Below, piece by piece: positions 23,401-35,400 of a stretch of 64,000 nucleotides of DNA; position 1 is the first letter of the stretch; each line of letters starts with the position of its first letter. Position numbers and translations under genes: made by a program. The notes below the pieces were generated by a model that saw only the letters and a program-made list of their open reading frames with translations, was not told where the DNA came from and made no database searches. Source of the DNA: Antedon mediterranea (lineage: Eukaryota; Animalia; Echinodermata); assembly GCF_964355755.1 (NCBI RefSeq), contig NC_092679.1, positions 18,397,432 through 18,461,431 of the forward strand, written 5' to 3'.

Positions 23401-26400
23401 TAAACCATGGAGGTATGGGCCTCTCCCCACCCTCGACACTACACTCTATAGCTGGCCTGCAAGATATAACAGTCAGACCCATACAATAGTGGAAACCCCT
23501 GCTTTAGAAGTATGTTATTATAATTATATTTAGGTGGTGTAGTAGTTGGTGTAAGAAGAACAATGAACAATAAAAATGTTTGTTATTTACAGCTTCAAAA
23601 GCCTGACATCCCAGTTGTTAATCAACCACCTAAAGAGATACCGCCCACATCAACTGCTGGTGAGCAACAACCAGAGTTACCAACTGGACAGCCTGTCGTT
23701 ATGGCTGAAGGTCAGCAAAGTGAAAAGACAGCTACACAACAAATACATGCACCACATGTGCAAGGAACTCCCCAACAACATCAGGAAACAGAAACAACAC
23801 AACATACTCAAGAAACACATACACAACAACACACCCAAGAAACACTGAAACCACAACATACTGAAGAAGCAAAAATATTACAACATAACCAAGAACCACA
23901 AGAACCACAACTATCACAGCAGGACAATACCAAACATTCCCAAGATGAAAACGCACAGCAACATATCCAACAAGAACAAATACAAGTGCCACAAAACACC
24001 CAAGAAGTAGAGACACAACAACACATACAAGAGGAACAAACACAACAAAATAGACATGAAGAACCACAACTTACCCCAGAAGCAACACTGGAACAAAATC
24101 AAGATGTGCAAACATTGGAACATAAACAAGATGAACCAGCAGTGCAACAAAATCAGGAAACACCAGAACAAACCCTAGAAACACATAAAACACAACAAAG
24201 TAAAGAAGAAGAAACACAACAGCTTAAACAAGAAGAACAAACGGGGCAGGAAGAAAAAGAAGCACTACAGCCCATCGAAGAAGTTCAAACACCAGAAGAA
24301 CACATGGGGCAGAAAGAAGAACCACTACAGCCTAAAGAAGTAGTTCACACACCTGAAGAACAAACAGGGCAGGAAGAAGAACCACTACAGCCCATCGAAG
24401 CAGTTCACACACCAGAAGAACCAACCGAAGAAATCAAAGAATTAGAAAAGATATCCGAGGTAGAGTCAGAAACTGAAACACAACAATCGGGTGAGGACAG
24501 TCCGCAGACTGTCATTGACCTTGATCAAAAGGATCAAACATCTGACGGTGACAAAGATGTAGAAAGCAAACAAACAAATGAGAAGACTGAAGGTTTACCA
24601 GAAATAGAAGATGAAGTAGAATCATTATCACATAAAATACCAGAATCTCCTTCTGAATTGGCTCTTGAGGTCTTGGAACCAGATGAAATTCCAGTAGCTT
24701 CAGGTATGTCTTTTTTATATTAATATAAAACTAACATTTTCTATTAAGTGTAAAAAAAAACCCATTAAAGCATTTTACTCTATTAAGAGTTTTGAAAAGA
24801 AGCCTTGGAACATGTAGGTTTACAATTAACTGCGTTTGCTACACCGTATTATCATCTAAAACTAAGTGTACATCTTGTTTTTGCTTTACTAACTATTCAT
24901 GCTTAAATATATAGTAATGATTTAGTTGCAGCCAATCCAGCAGCAGATGGTAAAACACAGAGCCAGGAGCCTGATAAGGTAGACACTACAAAACCTGGTA
25001 AAATAAATAAACATTCAGATAATAGTGATGTGTTTGTTTCTGATAATCAGATTGTTAGTAAAGACCATCATCATTCATTGGATGATGGCCAAAGAAATGG
25101 TGACCAAAGAATGGTAGATGATTTCTCAAAGTTTGTTGAACAGAAAACTGCACCTAATAATGTCGTTAATTCTGTTTTACAAAACACTGATGCTCAAAAA
25201 ATTAAGCTGGATACACACACATTTGAAAATGAACAGAACTCGAAAGAACACAGTCCATCTGCTGATGTCACAACTAACCCTTCTGAAATTCATGATCAAA
25301 AAAGTATAATTAATAATAAAGGAGTTTGTTCTAATAGTGTGCTGGAGTTCATTATGAAAATATTCCAATGTAAAGTTGAAGAAGTCTTCACTGAGAAATC
25401 ACTGGTTCGTGAGCCTAACATTAAAAGTGAAATTGACACAGTAACCTCAACAATAGAATTAACAGATGAAAAAGCTCCTGATAAAAATGCTGTTGATGTT
25501 AGTGGACTTCTGGAAATATCGCCTTGTCAGTATGTAAGTTTTGAGTCATTTGTCTTTAAGAAGACAATGCTTCGTAAGCCACTTGCACCTTTATTGAAAA
25601 TCACCACAGACAATACTGATGAATTAAACATTGATTCAGATACTACAGTGTCTTCATATTGCAGTAGTGTTTTAGATGAATGGCTGATGTTAAGAAAGAG
25701 ACCATCTTCAATATGTTTATTGCCTGATACTTTATTAGATAAAAACAAGGAATCACAATCTGATGATAAACCAAAAGTAGAACCAGCTAAAGAGGAACAG
25801 GAACATGTGTCAGTTAAAGAAACAGAATCAGAAGTAGAACCAGCTAAAGAACAGAAACATGTGCCAGTTAAAGAAACAGAAGTAGATTCTGCTAAAGAAC
25901 AGGAACATGTGGCAGTTAAAGAAACAGAATCAGAAGTAGAACCAGCTAAAGAACAGGAACATGTGCCAGTTAAAGAAACAGAATCAGAAGTAGATTCCGC
26001 TAAAGAACAGGAACATGTGGCAGTTAAAGAAACAGAATCAGAAGTAGAACCAGCTAAAGAACAGGAACATGTGGCAGTTAAAGAAACAGAATCAGAAGTA
26101 GAACCAGCTAAAGAACAGGAACATGTGCCAGTTAAAGAAACAGAATCAGAAGTAGATTCCGCTAAAGAACAGGAACATGTGGCAGTTAAAGAAACAGAAT
26201 CAGAAGTAGAACCAGCTAAAGAACAGGAACATGTGTCAGTTAAAGAAACAGAATCAGAAGTAGAACCAGCTAAAGAACAGGAACATGTGCCAGTTAAAGA
26301 AACAGAATCAGAAGTAGAACTAGCTAAAGAACAGAAACATGTGCCAGTTAAAGAAACAGTATCAGAAGTAGATCCAGCTAAAGAATTGGAACATGTTTCA

Positions 26401-29400
26401 GTTAAAGAATCAGAAGTAGATTCAGCTAAAGAACATGAAAATGTGTCATTTAAAGAATCAGAAGTAGATCCAACTAAAGAATTGGAACATTTGTCGAAAT
26501 TAGAAGTAAAAGAATATCCAGAATCAGAAGTAAATAAAACAGAAACCAAACAAGAAGAAGCATTACATAAAGTAAAACAAGAAGTCAAAGAACCAAAAGT
26601 AAAGATAGAACCAAAACCTGATGTGCCTACACAAATTCATAATGGTATATGCCCTAATGATTTTCTTTCTTGGTTAATATCAGCATTTCACTGTGATGTC
26701 TTGGAACATGTTCAGTCTTTTAAGCAGTTAATGAATGGTACCAATTCAAATTCTTCTTTACATTTTTTAGATATTGTTCTTTCAACATGTCCTAGCCATC
26801 ATGACTTTCCACAAGCTGATTTAAATAGTCATTCTTCTGTGATTAGTATTCCTGCACATTTAAGAAAAGAGTTGTCAAAGTATGATCTTTCAAGAAAAGA
26901 TGTTTGTCATTTCTCTTGCTTCCATTATTTTTTACAGTTTATAGGTCGTCAAGATTTGTGCTTCTCTTATGATATTCCACTTCAGATTGATAATAGTCCT
27001 TCCTCTTTCACAAAAACCATCAGTCCAAAACCAATTAGCATGCTAATGACATGTCCCTCTGTCTTGAACCTATTTTATTCAGAAACAAGAATGTGTCCTT
27101 TTGTCAAAAATTATTCAAAATCAGCCAAACAGGAAGTTGTCTATACTACTGTTGGTGATTGTGTCGATTACATGATTGATTTAATCCTTCCGCAAGTTTG
27201 TCTCACTAGAATGTCTGACAAATTTGAATTTTCAACTGATAAGGAAACAGTCGCAGAAACAACAGCAATTTCAGCAGCTAAGTTGAAAGATCCAAATGTT
27301 TGCAAAACTATTGAATTTCAACAGGTTGTAAAAGAGTTGTATCAGCCAGTTTGCTCTGCAGAAATTAAAGTTCAAACTAAATATTTACCCACACTGTTTA
27401 AAGACAACTTAATAAAACCTGATACAATTGGCTCACAAAGTACATGTCCTAATACCGTACTAACAATATTTCAACCAATTGTCCATAAAATGTGTTCTCC
27501 AAAAACTGCAAACATTAGAGAAACTGTTAAAGCAGAGGATACCACACCAACATTGTTAAACAAAATCTTAATCAAATCTGATATTAAATCTATTGCAATT
27601 GGCCCACAAAGGACATGTCCCAACACTGTACTAAAAGTCTTTCAACCAATTGTCCATAAAATGTGTTCTCTGAGAGATCATAACCGTTCAGAAATGGTTA
27701 AACCAAAAGATACTACACACAAATTACAAGACATCTCAATCAAACCTGATACTAAATCTATTGATACCATTGGGTCACAAAATGTGTGTCCCAACACTGT
27801 ACTAAAAGTCTTTCAACCAATTGTCCATAAAATGTGTTCTCTGAGAGATCATAACCGTTCAGAAATGGTTAAACCAAAAGATACTACACACAAATTACAA
27901 GACATCTCAATGAAACCTGATACTAAATCTATTGATACCATTGGGTCACAAAATGTGTGTCCCAACACGGTACTAAAAGTCTTTCAGCCAATTATTGTCC
28001 ATAAAATGTGTTCTCCGAAAGATCTTAACCAATCAGAAACTGTTAAACCAAACAATACTAAACAAATATTGTTAAACAAAACCTTAATCAAATCTGATAC
28101 TAAATCTATTGATACCATTGGGTCACAAAATGTGTGTCTCAACACTGTACTAACAGTCTTTAAATCATTTGTTTATAAAATGTGTTTTCTGAAAGAAAGA
28201 TCTTATCCTAAACAAATTGTTGAACTGAAGGATTACTCTAAACAAGAAATTAAAGCTAATCAAAAAAAATCAGTTTGCCCAAGTGTTATGCTAACCTTTC
28301 TACAGCCATCTAAAAGTTTACAATGTAAAATTCCATTACCAGAAGCACATTTATCACATTGTTGTGTCAAAACATTTTCAAGCAGTATATTAAACATGTT
28401 TCTTCCTCAAAACAAAACAAAATGTAAAGCTAAAGATAGAAAACCAAGTACAAATTTCTATCCCTCTAGTAACTTTGGCTCCTCAATTTCTGTTATTAAC
28501 TTATTTGTACCTAAAAATAAGTTGGTATGTCCAGTTCGTCAACAGAACATGAAAACTAGTGTGGGCATTCCAACTTGCCCTAATATGGTATTAGACATTT
28601 TTATACCAATGCATAAATTAAAGTGCCCAATAAGGACTAACAAGACAGACGACACATTTGATGCTTCCAAAACTCATTCATGTCCAAACACTATGTTAGA
28701 ATTGTTCATGTCCGCAAATAAATTGATATGCAAAAATCTATTTTTTAAGGAACAAAGTCAAACCTATGGATCCACATCTTGTCCAAATTTTGTTTTTGAT
28801 TTGCTACTTCCACTATATAAAATGAAATGTGAAGCAAAGAAAAATATGAAACCTACAGAAGAATCACCATTTTGTACAAATGACGTATTAGAAATTTTAT
28901 TGCCTATGCAAAAATTGAAATGTAAAGTAGTTTCTCCTTTTTCTGGCAATCTTTCAACCAGTTGCCCAAATGAAGTTTTAGAAATCTTGCTTCCATCTCA
29001 CAAACAAAAATGTCTGATTGCATTTATTGACGTGATAAAAGAGAATAGTTGCCCGAATTTTGTTTTAATCATGTTCCTTCCTAATCATAAACTGAAATGC
29101 TTAATACCAAAAGCATCAGAACCAATTGAAGATGTAGACTGCCTCAATTACTTTCTTGAAATGTTTCTTCCATCCCATAAATTAAAATGTTCAATGAGAA
29201 ATTATTTGCCAGAGGTCTCTTGTCAAAATACTGTTCTAGATATGTTTCTTCCAATACACAAATTAAAATGCCTTAAAAAGGTATCTTTGTTAGGAAACTC
29301 TTGTCCAGACACTGTTCTCCAAATGTTTCTTCCATCATCTAAATTAGTTTCCATACCAACAGTAATGTCAAAGGTGGACTTGAACTATTGTCAAAACACT

Positions 29401-32400
29401 GTTCTCCAAATGTTTCTGCCTTCTCATAAATTAGTGTGTAAAACTCCACCCATCCAAGTTTCTCTTTGCAATGATGCAATTTTAGAGATATTCCTTCCAT
29501 TACACAAACAAAAATGTTTAGTTAAACAATCTAATAAGCCTGTATACCAAAATGATAAATGTGTGAACTATATTTTGGCGTTACTTGTGCCTGAAAATAA
29601 ACAAGTCTGCAAGAACAAAGTAATGGCAGAAAATGAGAATCACTCAGATACAGATGAAATTTGTATGAACATCGTTTGGCTTTGGCAACAAATTGCAAAT
29701 TCTAAGCCGATGTGCAATGTAGTACATTCAGACATAGAAATGACAATGCCTGTAAAAAAGAAGACTGAAAATGCAACATCTGTTGCCTCCGCCGTAAAAA
29801 TAGACTTGGCTGATAAAGAGTTTATCAGCAAAGATCCCTCCGCAATGAAAATGGACTTATTAGATGCCTCCGCAGTACAAACAGAGCCTAAAGAAACTTC
29901 ACCTATTGACCAAAATATCTTACCAGTACATCCAAAGACATCAGCGACTAATGGCAAAGATCCCCCGACAATAAAAATAGACTTTGATGCTGGTAAAGAT
30001 TCCTCGGCAGTGCAGACAGAGGCTAAAGAAATATCAACTCCTGGTCAAGATAATCTAACAATACATCAAAAGAAACCAGAGTCTAAAGATCCAAAATCGG
30101 TAGGAAAAGTGAACTTGGATGTGTCAGCAGTAAAGGCAGAGCCTCAAGCAACATCTCTTGTTCAAGATATTGTACCAGTACATTCAAAGACTCCAGAATC
30201 AACCATGTCTAATAATGATGTCTCAGCAGTACCTTCAAAGACTATAGAAGTAGTGTCTGTTGATCAGGATGTCTCAAAACACCATCTAGTAACTGTGGAA
30301 GAAACATCTAACAATCAGGATGGCAAATTAGTTAGTCCAAAGAAAGATAAAAGAACATCCTCTGCTCCATCAGTAAATTCAGAAAGGCGGAAAAAATCTG
30401 TTTGGAAAACCCACGATATCTGTTTAAATACATTTTTAAATATGCTGGATCTAAACCCATATTGTATAGAAACCTTGGAAACTAAACCTTCCAGAAATCA
30501 GATTATGCCACCAACATTTGATGATCTAGATCTTGACAACATGAAGGTATATATTTCTGATCAGTTCAATGATACTGATGTCAATCATCATGAGTTGGTA
30601 GTGACATCACACTATTCCATGCCACCTACATCAAATGCCCTTATTTGGCAATTTGAAAATCCCCAATGTTTACCAAAGAAAAAAATGCTGTACACAAATC
30701 ATAATGTAGTTGTCACTCCTTATATGGAAGACAGACTAAAGCCAAGACATCTCAAGGAACAAACTGCTGTTAAAAATGGTGAAGGAAAGAATGCTGATCG
30801 TGGTAGGAAAATAAACAAATTACAGCTTATTCTACATCACTTTTACATCCCTCTCCATTCCACCATCCAATTTCTTATTTGTTACCCAGCCTCCCTTATC
30901 TGCCTTCCATCTCTCTACCTACAGTACTCACTTGAAAGCATGGTTGTCTATTTTGAACAACTTTTTTTACTTAACTGAAGAATTGCTTTTGTGGCATCAA
31001 TCTTATTTCTGCACTTATAAAATTAAATTTTTAATCTCCCTTGTTTTAGATTGTTTGTAGGACTTTGCAGTGCCTTCTCTCTCATTAAATGCTTTTTTTT
31101 TATTCCAGACAGTTTTACAGCTTTTGCACATATTTTGTGTTTCTAACTTTTTGCCATTTGAAGTTCTAGATCTGTGGTGGTGGTGGATTTAGTATGAAAG
31201 CAAAGCTTGGTTTAAACTATTACTTTACTTGGCCATAGTACTCTCAAACAGGTTCAAAGAGTACCTGGACAATGCATGCTTTTAAACTTGTTCATAATTT
31301 CAATACTGTTGTAATGCTTTCTTTATTACAGGTGTTGTATACATTTCATTTTTCATTTGAAAATTGTTAATGAAATATTTAAATAAACATTTCATTGGAA
31401 CATTTTGTAATGTTGTCTATTGAATTAATCAAACAATAGAGACTTTAGGAATGGTGACACATTTTACCCTTACCTCATATAACAAATAATTTCCAATGAG
31501 GTGTGTATTTAATGTAAATTTATCATTGTTTTGGGTTTGCCTTTGTTAATTGTGCATGTTTTTACAATAACTTCTTTATTATGCTCATAAAAATAGTATA
31601 ATAATTTTAGTTGAGTTATGTTGGTTTATTATTTCATGTTTACTATTTGAATTGATTCATAATTTAATTTTACATCTTTGTATTTGTGGGGTTTGATTGA
31701 TTTTTGTTGAATTGATTTTTTTTTGTTATCAAGAGATAAAATGTTTGATTGATGTAGAAATACGAATACATTTCTTAAAAAATGTAACTATAAATTTAAA
31801 ATGATTTTTTATACAAACAGTTGCATTAATACAGTAACCTAAAATGAGTCTTATTGTTTAAAAACAAAATAATAGAACTCATGTTATTGTGCTATTTTTG
31901 CATCAATTTTAACATTTTATATCTTTTCATAATTTGTTTTAAAGACATTTATTCGATTGCGGTTTGCATATTGTGCAGTCAATTACTTTTTTCATGGTGA
32001 TGGTGTTTTTTATTTATCTATTGTTTCGTGAACTATAGTATGCATTTGTTTCTCTGTAGACTCAGAAGGCCTAGCCAGTGAATCACACCCACTAGAGTCT
32101 GAAGCTGGAATGAAAGGACCACAAGATAAGGTAAGAGATGAGCAATTTGAAAACAATATTCACAAGGAACAGCATGAGGTACAAGGTGGAGCGCATGTTA
32201 CTTTGGGCCATTCAGAAGGTGGTAGTGATATTGGAAATTTACAACCAGGAATTGTTCAAGTAGAGTCTGGTGTACCACCAGCTCTTGATGAAAGTGTTGA
32301 TGATGTTGCAGGAAAGAAAGAAAATGTTGAACAAAATCCAGTTTATGTAAAAGAACAAGATAATGAATTTGTTGACAATAAAGATCAAGAGAGTGAAGAT

Positions 32401-35400
32401 AATGTTGAAATGAAAGATGTTATTAGTGATTTTAGAGAAGAAGAAGTTCTTGATGAACACAAAGAGGCAGAGAATATAGAAGATCCAGCAACTCATCTTC
32501 AAAATGAGGTTTATAGTGAAATTAATGAGAAAGATGGAATAGAACCTGTATCAATAACCTTAAATGATTCTGAGAATCTTTTACACAAAAATGATGATAA
32601 GGATGAAGAAGAAAATAAAAGTTGTGAAGAAGAAAGACGCATCAAAGAAAGAAGGGTTGAAGAAGAAAGGTTAGAAGAAGAAAAAAGAGGTGAAGAAGAA
32701 AGACGAGGAGAAGGAGAAGAAAAACAGGACAAAGACAGACTAGAAATAGAAAAACAGGAGCAAGATAGACTAGAAAGAGAAAGACAAGAGAAATTAAAAC
32801 GTGAAGAAGAAAGACAGAAGCAAGATAAACTAGAAAAAGAAAGACAAGAGCAATTAAGACTGGAAGAAGAAAAACAGAAGCAAGATAAACTAGAAAGTGA
32901 AAGACAAGAGCAATTAAAACGTGAAGAAAAAGAAAGACAGGAGCAATTAATACGTGAAGAAGAAGAAGAAAAACTGGAACAATTAAGACGTGAAGAAGAA
33001 GAAGAAGAAGAAAAACGGGAACAATTACGACGTGAAGAAGAAGAAAGACAGGAGCAATTAAGACGTGAAGAAGAAGAAGAAGAAAGACAAGAGCAATTAA
33101 GACATGAAGCAGAAGAAAGACAGAAGAAATTAAGACGTGAAGAAGAAAGGCTTCTAGAAGAACAAAGATTAGAAGAAGAAAAGAGAATCGAGGAAGCAAG
33201 AATTCTTGAAGAAGAAAGAAGACTTGAGGAGGAAGAGGAATGGTTAAAATCAATGATTGAATCAGTAGATGCAGAGGATGAAAAAAGACTAAATGAGGAA
33301 ATAGCTGAAGAAAATTGGCTAAATTCTATTGTAAGTGAAGGGAACCATGACGAAGATTACGAAGATGAGGAAGAACGGATAAATAAGGAAATGCTTGAAT
33401 ATGCTAAAGAAGAAGCTAGACAAAATGCTGAAGAGATTTTGAGAGAAATGAAAAATATGGAATTTATCAGTGAGTCTGACACAGATGAAGATGACTACAA
33501 CAAAAATGTTGGGGTTACTTCAAATGATCCTGAAGAAAATGAAAAATCAAAAGAAGACATTAGCAAAGAAAGCAGCCAGCCTGACAACAAGATGGAACAA
33601 GCTGCTAAACGTAGACTTGTCAAAAACCTGTTAAAACCAAAGAGACATAAACAAAGACGTAAAGATGATGTTCACAATGCTGGGGATGATGTCAACAATT
33701 CTTTGGAAAGTCAAGTGCACAGCACTGAACAAACAATACAGACTGAAGAGAGTGGTGAACAAAATAGTATGAAAAAAAATGATTTTCAGTTTGGTGTTGG
33801 CTTAAAACAAATACCAGAAGAACAAGAAAAAGAAAACCCAGAGATTGATTTAAGTACCCAACAACAAAAGCAGCAAAAACAAGAAACTGAAGAGAAAATA
33901 GATTTAGTTCCAGAATCCCTACCAGATAAAATTGGAGATATAAATACAAATCAGAAAAATCCTTCTGATTCTTCAAGTAACCAAAATCTTAATTTCGACA
34001 AAATTGAAAAAGAATTTATTGAGTTTAATGAAAGGAAAGACAATATAAAGGAAAAAAATTACATTCTTGAAGATAATGAAGATAAACCTTTGGAGTCTGA
34101 TAGTACAGATGATTTTTACTTTGACTCTGAACAAAAAGAAAATACAGCTGACCAACAAGGAAACTCTAAAAAAGATGTTGATTTGGAATCACATAATTTA
34201 GAAGAAAATCATGCTGAAGAAATTGTTGAAACAGAAGTCAATTTAGATAAAGGAGTAAAAACTAAAACAACTGAGATTTTGGAATCAGATGTTGAAGTTG
34301 AATCAGATGTTGATTTAGAATCAAATGTCGATTTGGAATCAAATGATGATTGGAAATCAGAGGGTGATGACATTGATATTGATAAAGAACCACAAAGTAA
34401 TTCCAAAGAAAATCATGTAAAAGAAATTGTTGAACCAGAAGATGATTTAGCTAAAGGAGTAAAAACTGAAACTGAAATTGTTGAGGAACCAGAAAGACAT
34501 TTCCAACAAGAGGATGTAAAGGAAGTTGAATCAGATTTGGTAAGTGAGGGTTTTGTAGAGGGCCTAAGCGATTCACAAGCTGTTGAAGATCAGGTAGAGC
34601 AAACTAAAAGAGATGAAGACATATATGTGGAACAAGAAGAAAATGAAGTAGATAATGACATGGAAAATGGCAACAGACAGAAAGAGCCAATTCAACCCAA
34701 TATATCAGCAATCCATAGTGTTCCCTTGGAAATCGAAAGAAACACAGCCTCTCCAAAAATACCCGAAGTTCATACTAATAGTGACCCGCTAGTAGTTGCT
34801 CGAGTTGGAGATGTGCTAAAACCAAATCAGAAGAATGTATTGCCAGATGCGACTCCACAGAGGTCATCTCATCAGGGTGATTCTCATGGTCACAGTGGTC
34901 AAGATCTGGAATCTGATACATATGTGGTTCACCGAAAAAGAACTCTTAAGGTGTAGTCTTGATCTCCTGTTCTTTTGGATGTTGCTCTGCCTGATTGCCA
35001 ACGTAATAGTCCTAATTGCTTTTAATCAAACTAACATCAAATATATAAAACAAAAGTCTGATCTGCAAAGAGTTTTAAGTCTGTCAAATGAAATAATTTG
35101 TAAATGATTCTCAGCGAACATTTTCATTTGGAATCTTAAATATTTGAAACATCGTTTCATGCTACTATTTTAGCTACCATTTATGATTTTGTAGCATCAT
35201 TTCACTATGCTACACTTTGTGAAAATGTTCCCTGATTATGTTAATTCTGCATGCATCTGACCATAAATTTAGTTTATGCAACTAAATTAAGGAATTTACC
35301 AAGCAACTAAATTGAATTGCAATAATTAATAATAAATTTGTATTATATGTATACAGTACCAAGCAAACTGTAAAAGCACCTGGCATGCATTACTAATCTA

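Noticed and set aside
25527-26588. 353-aa Ser/Thr/Cys antisense ORF (similarly 32642-33253 and 23677-24171)
   Set aside because: These are shadow frames of repetitive, codon-biased TANGO1 coding sequence.
25030-30978. Independent 1982-aa gene or viral/transposon polyprotein
   Set aside because: The ORF-track start is a GTG, there are no RT, integrase, transposase or capsid motifs or element termini, and it splices in phase with flanking TANGO1 exons.
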